From assembly GCA_963663405.2 (NCBI GenBank), contig CAXXSM010000110.1, forward strand, positions 64,001 through 128,000: a stretch of DNA of 64,000 bases, in the 5' to 3' direction. This stretch comes from a bacterium. GTDB lineage: Bacteria; Hinthialibacterota; Hinthialibacteria; Hinthialibacterales; Hinthialibacteraceae. Both the position numbers and the translations under genes were made by a program. How positions within the stretch are numbered: position 1 is the first letter of the stretch; every line of letters begins with the position of its first letter. Under the pieces are notes generated by a model that searched no databases, had not been told where the DNA came from, and saw nothing but the letters and a program-made list of their open reading frames with translations. Of the stretch, positions 23,149-35,500 are shown piece by piece.

Positions 23149-26100
23149 TTATTTTTGATCCAGCACCTCCCGCAATTTGACGGTTAGGTCTTCTATTAAG
23201 AATGGTTTCTGGATGAAATTTACGCCTTCGTCCAGGACGCCATGGTGGGCGATCACATTGGCGGTATAACCCGACATGAACAGGCACTTCACTCCTGGAT
23301 AGAGAGATAAAATGTTCTTGGCCAAGTCGCGGCCATTCATTTCGGGCATCACCACGTCAGTCATGAGTAACTGGATATCACCTTCATGTTCTATCGCAAG
23401 ACGAATGGCCTCGCCTGGCCTGGAAGCCCCCACAACGGTGTACCCTTGCTGCGCGAGCATCTTGGTGGTGATTTTCATGATCGATGGCTCGTCCTCCACC
23501 AGCAGGATCGTCTCGCGGCCTGGTTGACTCGGTTTGCCCGGTTCCTTATCCAGCAATGAAGCCGGTTTGGCATTGTAGCGCGGCAGGTATATTTTGAAAG
23601 TCGTACCCTGGCCAAGTTCGCTGTACACGTTGATGAGACCATTGTTTTGTTTCACCACGCCATAGACCGTGGCTAGGCCCAGGCCGGTACCTTTACCCAA
23701 TTCCTTGGTGGTAAAAAAGGGTTCAAATACTTGCGTCAGCGTTTCTGAATCCATGCCGCAGCCGTTGTCGCTCACGGCCAGCATGACGTACTCTCCGGGC
23801 GCAAATCCCGCATGAACCTTGCAGTAATCCTCGTTGAAAACGGCGTTTCCGGTTTCGATGGTCACTTTACCGACACCGGTGATTGCGTCCCGCGCGTTGA
23901 CGCACAGGTTGGCCAGAATTTGATCGATCTGGCCGGGATCGATCTTCACCGGCCACACCTTCCCACTCGGAATCCAGGCCATATCGATATCTTCACCGAT
24001 TAGACGCTGCAGCATCTTGAGCATGCCTGCTATGGTCTTGTCGAGGTCGATGACCTTGGGGGCCACGGTCTGTTTACGGGCAAAGGCCAGCAACTGCCGG
24101 GTTAGGTCGGCGGAGCGCTTTCCGGCTTGTTTGATTTCCATTAGATCGTCATAAAGCAGATGATCCGGTTCCATCTCCATCAGGATCAAATCCACATTGC
24201 CGATAATAATCCCCAGCATGTTGTTGAAGTCGTGGGCCACGCCGCCTGCCAGGCGGCCCACGGCTTCCATTTTCTGGGCCTGCTGAAGCTGGGTGTTAAG
24301 GCGTACACGCTCTTCCTCAGCCTGTTTCTGTTCGGTGATATCCGCCGATACTACGGTGATGAAATTAATAATGTTGTCATCTGTGAAAACCGGAATAATG
24401 GTGTGATGCAACCAGACGTGTTACCTTCCGCATCGCTTGCCTGTGACCGAAGTCCATGATCTTCCCTGATGCTTTAACTGTCGAAAGGGCGTCAACCATC
24501 TTCTCATAAGCCAATTTTGGGAAGAAATCGAACGGATATGGCTTTCCGTAATACTCGTTGGTAATCTCCAGTTTCAGCATCCGGAAACCATTGGCGCTCA
24601 TGTATTGGAGATTGAAATCGAGGTCTACGATCTTGTGACACACCGGCGAGTGATCGACCAAAGATCGATAGCGTTTCTCTATTTTTCGCAGGGCATCCTC
24701 AGCTTGCTTACTTTCGGTGATGTCGCGACAAGTACCAAAATACCCCAGCAAATCACCATTTTCATCAATAAGAGGCGTTGCATTCGTCTCGAAAATGACA
24801 GGATGTCCATCTTTATGAAGCAAGGTATCTTCCAAATGAAGAATCCTATCATACTTCTGCGCAACCTCTTGGAAGATGCTCCGGACACGATCGGCCTCTT
24901 CGTTATCCATTAAATCGAATGGGGTTCTGCCCAGTAATTCCACGTTGGTATATCCCAGTAGTTCATATGCATTCTCGCTTGCGTAGGTATACGTGCCATT
25001 GGCGCCGGTTTCCCAGATCCAATCAATTGTGTTTTCAATAAGCGCCCGGAATTTCCCCTCGCTTCTCCGCAGCGCCTCGGTAGTCTGGGCCAGTTTGATG
25101 TGGGCGTAGGACAGGCGGGAGATGACATTGATTAGGTTGCAGTAGAAGGTCATGAACCCGATCGATGGTTTCGCGGGACCAGCGTGGGATGGCATGGTAG
25201 GCCTTTAGGTATGCCTCCTCGTCGAATTTGTAGCGACGCGCCTGTTCGCGGAAAGTCGCGATGTCGGGCGTTTCATCCTCGATGAAGAACTGGCCGAGGA
25301 AGAGATTGCCCACGTGTTTCCCGCCAACCATTATCGGGGTCACCATGTCCCACAGGTTGTTCTTGCATTTGTAGATTTCAAAGGTTCCCAGCTCCACGCC
25401 GGATGTGAGTTTCGAGTCGCTCTCCCGGCAGAGTTTTTCCGTCTCGGGGTGAACCCGGTGGAATTTCGTGCAGACATCCTGCCAGCCGGTTCTGACAAGG
25501 ATGTTCCCATCCAGATCGAGGATGCCGATGCCGATATCGGTCAATGCATGGAAATCGTCCATCAGAGATTGAATCTCATCGCAATCCATTACGTCGGCGA
25601 GATTCAGCATCCCAAGATCGCCTTCTGGATCGAGAAGGGCGTTCAATTTGGTCCGCACTCTGTGTTCGCTTTCGCGCAGGGCGAGTTCAGCCTTCTTGCG
25701 TTCTGTAATGTCGCGTGCGATGGCGTAGGTTACACCTTTTTCCAGCAGCGGATGAGAGACCCAATCTAAAGTCAAATAAAATCCTTTTTTATGGCGGTAG
25801 CGATTTTCAAATTCAATTACGAATAGGCCTTTTTTGAGGTGAGTTTCAACAATTGTTTTCGTTTTATCAACATCTTCAGGGTGAATAAATTCTAAGAAAC
25901 TGCGTCCAACAAGTTCATGCTGTTCATAACCTAGTACACGCTTGAAAGAAGGATTAACGGTTAGGAATGAAGTTGTGTTGATATCCGCGATGCAAATCAA
26001 ATCTAGCGACATCTCGAAGATTTTACTAAAACGTTCTTCACTTTCTCGCAGAGCCTCCTCGACCGTCTTGTGCTCGGTGATGTCGATGTGTGAGCCGAGA

Positions 26101-27671
26101 ACGCGGTAAGGTTCACCGTTTTCGTCCGTCAAGACAGACGCCTGCGCCAGGATCCAGCGATACGAACCATCCTTATGCCGGAAGCGAAACTCAACCTTAT
26201 AGGCACTCGCCCTATCTCGGATATACTGCTTTATTCGTCCTAAAATTCTCGAAAGATCATCTGGATGCACACGGCTTTCCCACTCATCGAAGTTGTCACC
26301 GATCTCGTCCTCTTCGTAGCCGATCTGGCGTTTCCATTCAGCAGAATATCGGACGTTGTTAGTCTCGAGATCCCAATCCCAGAGCCCGACATTGCCAGCT
26401 TTCACGGCTTCCTGTTGCCGCAAAAGAGCTTCATTGAGAGCCTCTTCGGCCGCCTTGCGTTCGGTGATGTCGCGACCCACGCCCTGGAATTCAACAACTT
26501 CACCATGTTTATCGAAGATCCCCCGGTTTCTCCATTGGAGATATCTTGTCTCACCATTGGGAAGCCGAAACTGCTGTGTGCTCTCCAACACAGGGTTATC
26601 AACCGTGATCTGGTCCAAATTCTCGCGCACCTTGACCTGTTCTTCCGGACTTAGGAAGTCCATAAAACTGCTACCAATCAGTTCATCAACCGTCTTGCCT
26701 ATATACTGAGCCGAAAACTCGTTTACCCAGGTAAAGGTTCCGTCAATCTGGAACCGCGAGATTATCTCGGTCTGATCTTCGACAACGCCCCGGTAACGGG
26801 CCTCACTTTTACGAAGATTATCCTCCATCACCTTGCGTTCGGTGATGTCTTGTAAACTGCCAACCAACCGAGCAATCTCCCCATTTTCATCGGTTTGTGA
26901 TTGCCCTCTAGCAACGCAATACCGAATATCACCATCCGTTCGAATAATCCGTAGTTCTAATGCATATGGTGTACCCTCTGAAATGCAGAGTTGAACAGCA
27001 TTATCTAATCGTTGCATGTCCTCGGCGGCGTAGAAACTTGGGTGTTCGGCATACGAGGGAGCCCCCTCAGAAGGATCTCGTTGAAATATCCGAAACATCT
27101 CTTCGGACCAAAATACACTGTCTTTTTGAATATCCCATTCCCAACTTCCGATATGAGCAATGGCCTCAGTGCGTTTGTGCATTTCAAGGCTTTGTTTCAA
27201 GTAAATTTCATTCCGTTTATGCTGCGTAACATCTAATCCGGTACTGATAAAGAAATTCTTAAACGGAATACTAATCATGTGGAGAAATTGGTCTGTCGCT
27301 GGAAAATAAACCTCCCACTCGTGAGGTGTTCCTTCTTCGAATATCTTTTTAACAATGGGCATGAAGAGTTCTGTTGCATTTGAATCAGGGAATATTTCAT
27401 CTGTTGTTTTACCTATTATTGTTGATAGAGACTTGCCCCAAGATCGAAGGGCGCCAGGATTAGCGTCCACTAATTTCCAGGTCTTAATTGAACCGTGTTC
27501 ATCGTAGATGACTTCCCAAATATGGACTTCATGCAACATGTTCTCAAACAAATGCCGGTATGTCTCTTCCTCCATTAAAAGAGACTTTAGCAAGTCTTTC
27601 TGCTCGAAATCGGTTAATGCAAGTTCTCTTAGTTTGTTCTTGATCTCTTCACGGGTTGGTTTATCAGCCAT
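23149..27671 (-). pseudogene. Multi-PAS / PocR hybrid histidine kinase (HisKA-HATPase-REC) split by frameshifts near 25165 and 24420
   Basis: Three overlapping ORFs join into one architecture: PAS/PAC repeats (DITERK), PocR (GWQDVCTKFHR...C..SD...YKCKNNLWD..TPI), PAS, then GRLAGGVAHDFNN, FFTTK..GTGLGL and REC (TDVVMP). Confidence 0.88.
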
Positions 27672-27809
27672 CTCTATAACCTCATAACTCTTAAAAGACA
27701 TACAGGAGATACACAATATTCAACGTGTTTGTTTAGATTGTTGTATTTTAATTAAAAAAATACTATCCTTGATTTAATGTTAAGTATTCAACGTATTTTT
27801 GATCCTATC

Positions 27810-28400
27810 TCATCGAGTGAAGCTGGTTTGTTGAGAAAAGCGATCCCTTGTCCAAGAAGACATCGATATACTCGTCATGGGCCAAGCGGACCGCATACCG
27901 CTACGCCCGGCGTAGCCGCTGGAGAGGGGGCAATCATCGCACTCCGTCAACGGATCGGCGGTCACGATGACTCCCGGTGATGCAAGGGCCCTGCGTGCGC
28001 AGCGGGTGAGGTGTCCATCATGCAGCCGGGCAGCTATGAGCTCGAACAACCGCTTCTCGATTTGATGCAAAACTTTTGTAACTCTCCTGCCCTTCTTCCT
28101 GAAGGGCAATCCAGGCATTGCGATACCCCCGTGTCTCGATGAGGCAATCGCACACGTCCTATGAGCGAGAGCCGTACTATCCTGGGCGTTGAAGATAAGT
28201 TGGTTGACCTTACGAATGGCCAACAGCGTCTGCTTCAGGTGAGATTGCTGGGCTTCGGCCTTGGCCAAGCGTACCACAAAAGTCTCGTGTTCGCCCCATA
28301 TGATGTCCACTCGGCCCTCACGGATGGCCTTCAGCGCCGATTCCGCGGCCTCCAGACGCTGCTTCAACTCCCCGTATGACGGTGATTCCGAACTACTCAT
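27810..28400 (-). pseudogene. Truncated sensor N-terminus (coiled coil + Cys-rich GAF) downstream of kaiB
   Basis: ELKQRLEAAESALKAIREGRVD, then LLAIRKVNQLI...DPLTECDDCPL, homologous to the GAF of 41842-46713. It degenerates afterwards. The ATG overlaps the kaiB stop. Confidence 0.65.
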
Positions 28401-28706
28401 GGCTGTCACCTTTGATAAATACGGCCTCTAGGGCCGATAAATCGCTCAAATCGTCGTAAATCAGCATTCCCGGCGCAGGTTCGATCACCTGGAAGGCGGG
28501 ATAGACGAAAATTCCCTGGTCCAGGGCCGTTTGCGGAATTTTGTCAACATCGATAACCTCCACCTCGAATTCAACGTGAGGAAGCGTCTTCCGCAGTCGC
28601 TGAAGGTTTTCCTGGGCCTTCCGTGAGTTGGGGGCGTCACCGCAGACAAAAAGCCGGGCCGCGCAACGGTGGATCGCAGGGGTTTGGGTTTTAATGCTAT
28701 TCGCAT
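28393..28706 (-). CDS. kaiB: KaiB-like protein (start frameshifted and fused to the upstream fragment)
   Basis: RLFVCGDAPNSRKAQENL...EVIDVDKIPQTALDQGIFVYPA..IEPAP...DLSD matches the KaiB pattern. Own RBS GGAGG and ATG at 28706, one base out of frame. Confidence 0.75.
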
Positions 28707-28860
28707 GGACCGCCTCCTTTCCGTCGATTTCGATGCCGTTGTCCGAGATCCGGAACTCGTGATTGCGGTTTGAATGGGCGCAGCCCCGTGATTTGAGAAC
28801 CTCCAGGTCCCGCACGAAGCGGCCCTGTTTTTCCACGTTGCGCAATACGATGACGCGCAC
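28707..28860 (-). pseudogene. C-terminal fragment of a KaiC-family ATPase
   Basis: IVLRNVEKQGRFVRDLEVLKSRGCAHSNRNHEFRISDNGIEI matches the KaiC C-terminal R..L.VLK.RG..HS....EF.I...GI motif. Confidence 0.75.
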
Positions 28861-29097
28861 ACTCGGTTCCGGGCTGGGGTATCGATGGAAAGTGTATCCA
28901 TCATACATGGACATTTGGTCAACAGCGCCGTGATTGATCCAAATTTTTCCGGTAGGCCCAATGGAAATGGAACTTATCCATGACTCTCTCAAACCGTCTA
29001 AGGACGTATAGAAACGCCAATCGTCTCTTTCCTGCGCGAGATTGTTTTCCACGCCGGCCAGAAAAAGGAATAGTAAAATTGACACAAATTTCGACAT
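28861..29097 (-). pseudogene. N-terminal fragment of a secreted beta-propeller (two-component regulator propeller-type) protein
   Basis: Signal peptide, then WRFYTSLDGL..SWISSISIGPTGKIWI...SMYDGYTF, joined abruptly to the KaiC fragment. Confidence 0.65.
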
Positions 29098-29425
29098 AGA
29101 ATTATTCCTATTGATTTATCTATAACAGCCCATTCAAAACGAGACATCGAAAAGGATAGCGCATTCAAAAGCAATTGATGTATCTCAAGATTCTGATGAA
29201 TACAACAGCCGGATCGACTGTGTACCTCGTTTATATGATCCATCTATATAAACGGCTACGGCATGTAATTGACACGGACATTCAATACACTGGGGTGTAC
29301 GAAAACGCCGATCGTGCAAACCGGCGCAACTTTTCATTTCAGATGGATCGTAGATCATCCTTCGATCGTGACTCGGCCATTCATTTCGGTCAGGATCCCA
29401 TCAGTTATGAAGAGATGTTATGTAT

Positions 29426-32400
29426 TCAAGATCCTTTATTGGGATTCAAAAATTCAAGTTTTTGCCGTAAATCGTTTATTTGATAGGGTTTTTGGATACA
29501 CCCGAGTAATCCTTTTCCAGCAAACCGTTCTTTGATTTCTTGGGAGGTATAGCCACTGGAAATAATCACTTTAACGTCTTTATCCATTTGACGTAATTCG
29601 CGAAAACACGTTTCTCCATCCATGTGAGGCATCGTATAATCGAGAATCACTGCGGCAATCGTATCGTGTTTTTCCTTATAACGTTCTACCGCTTCCCGGC
29701 CATCCGACGCGGTAATCACGTTGAAATTCAACGCTTCCAGCATTTTCCGGGCGACCGCGCGGACCGTTTCTTCGTCATCCACCAGTAATATCGTGCCGTG
29801 TCCCCGCCACGTTGTAAGTTTCTCTTCATTCTCTATATAAGGATCCTTGGTGTGGTCAATGATGGGGAAGAGTATTTTGATGGTAGTGCCTTGCCCTTCT
29901 TCACTGTATACACGAACGGCTCCTTTATGGCCCCGGACAATGCCTAATACCGCAGCCATCCCCAATCCTCTGCCGGTAAATTTTGTCGTGAAGAACGGAT
30001 CGAAGATTTTCTTTTTCACTTTTTCCGTCATTCCACAACCGGTATCCGCCACTTCGATATAGGTGTAAATCCCTTCACTCAAATTCTCTCCAAAATAAAA
30101 ATCTTCATATTGGTCTAAATAGTTGCGGCTGCATTCCATCGCGCCGGTAGTAATACAAATCACCCCACTTCGATCGCCGATCGCTTCCGAAGCGTTTGTG
30201 ATCAAGTTCATGATGATCTGACGAATTTGTGTGGCGTCCGCTTCGATCCGTGGAACCAAATCCCCGAAGTTATACCGAAGCACCGCTTTTTTAGAAATCG
30301 ACACTTCGAGAATATGGCTCATCTCTTTGACCACTTCAGAAATATTCAGTTCTTTTACAAGAAACTGTCCTTTGCCGGAATACGCGAGCATCTGGTTGCA
30401 CAGTTCGGCGGCCCGCCTGGAGGCGGTTATGATTTCTTGAATGTTTTCATGCGCGGGAGACACACTGGATAAGTTGTGCAGCGCCAAATCGGCGTTACCA
30501 AGGATCGCCATCAACAAATTGTTGAAGTCATGGGCGATTCCGCCGGCCAACACCCCCAAACTTTCCAATTTTTGAGCGTGTTGCATCTTGGCTTCCAGCT
30601 TTTGCCGCTCTTCCCGTTCGTATTTCTGCGCGGTTATTTCGGTAAGCGCGCCGACGATACCAACGGTTTTCCCCTCTTCGAGAACAGGCGCTTCCCGCAC
30701 TTCGACCCAGACGGACTTTCCGGATTTATGCCGAAGTTCCAATTCGTAAGGTTTTTGTGTTTCTCCAGTACGAATCGCTTGATTTGTAATTTCGATGCCG
30801 TTCACATTAATCGGATTATCTGTCAACAATTCAGTCCATTTGATTTTCGCTTCTTCCGGTTCGTAACCAAGAATCTGTTTGACTTGCGGACTAAGATACG
30901 TGATCTCATGATCGGTGTTGTGGCTATAAAACAAATTCGTGCTGTGATCGATTATATGTTTTATCTTGGTTTCCGATTCATGGATCTTTCGTTCAGCCAG
31001 AATCTGCTGGGTGACATCATTGAAGACAACGATCAGCTGACCGCCCGGCGTTTTTGTAATGTAGTTATCCACCCAGAGTGAGATCCGTTCGTCTTTATAT
31101 TCTTGAATAGGCAATCGTTCAGCTTGTTCTGTTTTCCAGACTCGTTGCAGAACTTTCTGTAGACCGATTTTCATTGCGCCGGGATAGACATCCGTTATGC
31201 GGCGGCCAATTTGTTCTTCCCGTTTTAATTCACCGATCCGAAGACCCGCTGGATTGATGTCTTTGATAACAAAATCTCTTCCATCATCAACCGCTTCATA
31301 AATAATGACTCCGCTTCCCATGTGGTCGAATAACTCACGGAATCGTTGTTCACTATTCCGCAGGGCGTCAAGATCGCGAGCCGACCGCAGGGATATCGCC
31401 GCTTGGCTCCCGAACGCGGCGGCCAAATTCGCATCCCGCTCGTCAAAGCCTCCCGATTTGTTGGCCAATCCCATTATTCCCACAGTTTTTCCTTCAAGAA
31501 TTAAGGGGGCGAACATAACGTTTTCCAAATCAACATGTCCCTCTGGCATGAATTTCGCCCATTCACTGCGCATGAAATCATTATCGTAAACCACCTGATT
31601 CAGCTGGTACGCTTCCGCTCTCAAACCGCGAATCGGCATAGGCAATTCTGGATCGACCGTGCATGGCAATCCACCATCCTCTAAAAAAAGCACTTCATTT
31701 TCTTTGCCATCTTCAGAGAGAAGCGCCACATAACCGGATTTGGCGCCGATCGCTTTGCAGCACGCGTCAAAAATCCCCCTGGCGGCTTGTTCGAAAGTCT
31801 GACATTCCAACGCGGATTTGGCGGAATCAAGCAAGGCGGAGATTTCATTTTCCCTTTGCTGGGAATCATTTAACGCCTGTTTCAATTCCGCCTCGATCTG
31901 TTTTTGCTCTGTAATATCCGTCAAGGTAATTAACAAGAGAGGAGATTCTTTGACACCTTGTTTTTGAATCGGAAATTCGCTGACCCGGCCAGTAATACTA
32001 ACAATAACCTTTTTTGACCCTCTGGGAGGATCGAGACGGGCAATAAACGTTTTATGTTCCGGGGATTCAAAAAAAGCCCGGAAACGCGCCAGAAATACTT
32101 TTCCGTCTTGCCTATCGAGATAGTCATTGAATGGTTTCATATACACATCCGTCAGATCCACACCCAGCATGTTCGCAAAGGTTTGATTGGCGTGATAGAT
32201 CATGCCGGAACGGTTTAATGTCAGATATCCAACCGGCGCGTTATGAAAAAGGTATGTATAACAATTCCGGGAAATTTCCAATTCGTGTTGCGTGTCGCGA
32301 AGTTCCTCGTTTTGAATTTCCAACTCGGCTTGATGAACCTGCAGTTCATGAAGAAGTTCTTCGACTTCCTTGGTTGTCGTATTACGATCGCTCTTTGGCG

Positions 32401-32467
32401 ATTGGTTGATAAGTTGCTCCGCCATATCCCGTAATTTTTCGAGCGGAGTGTTCATTCGGCTAGACAT
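29426..32467 (-). CDS. Cytoplasmic PAS-GAF-PAS-PAS hybrid histidine kinase (CheBR-partner type)
   Basis: N-terminal LLHELQVHQAELEIQNEELR; GVLAGGIAHDFNN; FFTTKFTGRGLG; REC (LDYTMP). Confidence 0.93.
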   Translation of the reverse strand: MSSRMNTPLEKLRDMAEQLINQSPKSDRNTTTKEVEELLHELQVHQAELEIQNEELRDTQHELEISRNCYTYLFHNAPVGYLTLNRSGMIYHANQTFANMLGVDLTDVYMKPFNDYLDRQDGKVFLARFRAFFESPEHKTFIARLDPPRGSKKVIVSITGRVSEFPIQKQGVKESPLLLITLTDITEQKQIEAELKQALNDSQQRENEISALLDSAKSALECQTFEQAARGIFDACCKAIGAKSGYVALLSEDGKENEVLFLEDGGLPCTVDPELPMPIRGLRAEAYQLNQVVYDNDFMRSEWAKFMPEGHVDLENVMFAPLILEGKTVGIMGLANKSGGFDERDANLAAAFGSQAAISLRSARDLDALRNSEQRFRELFDHMGSGVIIYEAVDDGRDFVIKDINPAGLRIGELKREEQIGRRITDVYPGAMKIGLQKVLQRVWKTEQAERLPIQEYKDERISLWVDNYITKTPGGQLIVVFNDVTQQILAERKIHESETKIKHIIDHSTNLFYSHNTDHEITYLSPQVKQILGYEPEEAKIKWTELLTDNPINVNGIEITNQAIRTGETQKPYELELRHKSGKSVWVEVREAPVLEEGKTVGIVGALTEITAQKYEREERQKLEAKMQHAQKLESLGVLAGGIAHDFNNLLMAILGNADLALHNLSSVSPAHENIQEIITASRRAAELCNQMLAYSGKGQFLVKELNISEVVKEMSHILEVSISKKAVLRYNFGDLVPRIEADATQIRQIIMNLITNASEAIGDRSGVICITTGAMECSRNYLDQYEDFYFGENLSEGIYTYIEVADTGCGMTEKVKKKIFDPFFTTKFTGRGLGMAAVLGIVRGHKGAVRVYSEEGQGTTIKILFPIIDHTKDPYIENEEKLTTWRGHGTILLVDDEETVRAVARKMLEALNFNVITASDGREAVERYKEKHDTIAAVILDYTMPHMDGETCFRELRQMDKDVKVIISSGYTSQEIKERFAGKGLLGCIQKPYQINDLRQKLEFLNPNKGS

Positions 32468-32562
32468 TGTTACATTCTCCTCATATCAATCAAATTGCTA
32501 TTGTGTAGAATAAAGATCAAACGGAATCAACTGATTGTATCGCATGCATGAAAAACAGGGAT

Positions 32563-35500
32563 TCATTGGGATGATCCCGGATTATAGAAATCGTGGGTAG
32601 ATGAATTCGAACCGGCGATTTGTTTGCTCACGACTAAGGCGCCGATCAGCTTGGCGGAAGTGTGCAATCGTTGTTTTGCGATATCGATTATAAATTTCGA
32701 GCGCGATTCATATTTATGCGCTCTTTCTTTTAATTCATGGATACTCAACTGATATCGCTCGGCAATCTCCTGGAGTTTGCTTTCATCTTTTGGAGGATCC
32801 CCATACCCAAAATTGATGGAGCCGATCGCTTTTTCTCCTGCGAAAATAGGAAGGGCGTAGATGCGAAGCCCGCCCCGGCACTCGATATCCACCTCATTTC
32901 CCGTTTCGATGGCGATCTTAGAAGCGTCCGACCAACAGGATTCATGGCAGTGCCAATTCCCAGAGGCAAGAGCGGCCGCATTATCACTGGTTTTACATAA
33001 ATTCCGAGACTGATTATCCAATAACCGGCACCAACCGGAAGACATGATTCCCAGCGCATAATCACCGTTGCTTTCATAAATTGCGGCCGAAGTCTCCAGC
33101 AGGTCATGAATATCCTTAACAATGTCTTTCAATACATTTTCACCCACACCGTCATAGATCAACCGGTTGGTGTTAAGGGCGGCAAGATCACCGTAGGGTT
33201 GCTCTTTGATTTCAATATGAGCGCCTTCAGAACTCACATTTTTAGTGAGTTGCCATTCCAATCGTTTCAATTCATGCTGCGTTTTCTTTAGTTGAGTGAT
33301 ATTGATAAAGGTGAGAATCACTCCGGAAAAAACTTCGGGAGAAATGTGATAGGGAAGAATCCTGAGTAAATACCAGTCGTCCTCGTTTGTCTGTAGTTCT
33401 CGTTCAACCGATAAATTCGATCGCAACACTTGGTTAATCATCACAACAAGATTCCCGCATCGAAGATTGTGAGACAAATGGTGGAATGGCCGGCCAATAT
33501 CGTTGTCTATAATTTTGAAAAGATTTGGTATCAAAGGTGTGAATTTACGGACATTCAAATTTTCATCTAGAAAAATCGTGCCGATTTGAGTGCTCGCCTG
33601 TAAATTATCCATATCGTTGTTGAGTTCCGTCAACTCGATGATTTTCCGTTGGTGTTCCGCGTTGACGGTATACAATTCTTCATTGACGGATTGAAGTTCT
33701 TCATTCGTGCTTTGCAATTCTTCGTTGCTGGATAGCAGTTCTTGATTGGTCGCTTGCAACTCTTCATTCGCGGTTTCCAACTCTTCGATAGTGGCTTGCA
33801 GATTTTCCCGTGTGAACTGGAGTTCCTGTTCCAAATCCTGGATGCGCTGCTCCGCTTCCTGGGTAATATCGTAGGTGTCGTGTTCGTTATCTGTAAATGG
33901 TGTTACGCTCTTTTCATGGATTTCAAAAATGATGGCGATCAGTAAATCCCGCCCTTTCTTCACGGGCAGTGGTTTCATCCGCATATGAATGGTTTGTGAC
34001 TTATCATCCCGCTGAACGCGGATATTTGAATACTTGATTTCCACTTGCTGTTTGAGAACTTTTTGTATCCCGGTTGAAAGCGGGATCGCAATATCCTTGC
34101 TCGCCATTTTGGTGATATCGTTAATCATTTTCCCCGTTGGAATACACAACAATTCGTTTACGTTTCCGAAAGCATGCAGCAATTCCAATTGTTCATTCAC
34201 TATTAAGGCCGCTGGGAAGTAATCATCCGACATAGCTTGGATGAATCGTTCGAGCACGCGCTCTTCTTCCTGGGAACGCTGATACTGTCCATAAATTCGG
34301 GCTGGTCTGTATAAAGGATTTCTGGCTTTCTCGGAGACCTGGAATTCGGGTGTATTGGTTAAGTGTTTTCGTTTTCCTTTTAAACGGTAGATTTTAAGTT
34401 TGTGATGAACCGGTTCATAATAATCCGTCATTTCACCGATGGTTTCACTGGTGCCCAAAATTAAAAGGCCATCTGGATTGAGAGAAAAATTAAACATCTC
34501 CAATGCTTTGACTTGTAAAACGGGTTGCAAATAAATCAGGAGATTACGGCAGCTAACCAGGTTGATATTCGTAAACGGTGGATCTTTGATCAAATTATGC
34601 TGCGCGAAAACCACCATTTCCCGGATACTGCGGACAATTTGAAAGTTATCTTCTTTGCGAATGAAATATTTCGATAACAAGCGGGGCGACACATCGGAAA
34701 CGATACTTTCTGGGAAACTGCCGATCCCCGCCTTCATGATGGCGTCCCCATCCACGTCGGTGGCAAAGATTTTGATATCGTGTGTCTTGCCCAACCGTTC
34801 CATACATTCCTGACAGTAGATGGCCAGGCTATACGCTTCCTCCCCGGTTGAACATCCCGCCACCCAAAACCGGTGTTCTCTTTGTTCCTCTGGGGCCAAG
34901 AGTTTGGGAAGCCAATTTTCTAACAACACCTCGAACAGTTCCGGATCGCGGAAAAAATTGGTCACCCCGATCAACATTTCCCGGTAGAGAGTCGTGGCTT
35001 CCCGCGGATTGCTCTCGATGAAATGTACGTAATCCCGCAATTCATTGATCTGGTTGATGGTCATACGGCGTTCGATGCGGCGGACGACGGTGCTGGGTTT
35101 GTAAAATGTAAAATCGACTTTCGTTTTTTCCCGCAACACAGCGAAGATGCGGTTCAACCCGTCTTCATTCGTCAACAGAGAATCAATCAGTTCCGTTCGA
35201 GCCGAGTGAGGGTGTTTAACGAAAGCGAGCAATTGCTTTGGCATGTCCGATGGCGGCAGTATAAAATCAGCCAACCCAGTGGAGATGGCGCTGCGAGGCA
35301 TCCCGTCAAATTTGGCGGATTCCTCATCCTGCACGATTACCATTCCACCGGATTCTTTGATCTTCCGAATCCCCCGCATCCCATCGCTTCCCGTTCCGGA
35401 GAGAATGACGCCAATCGATTTTTCTCCTTGGTCTTCCGCCAGCGAACAAAGAAAAATATCGATCGGCAAGTTCAATCCTTTCGAATGGTCGTAATCATTG

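Noticed and set aside
29100-29425. Riboswitch or ncRNA (for example c-di-GMP) in this intergenic region
   Set aside because: No recognisable consensus motifs or convincing stems were seen by eye.
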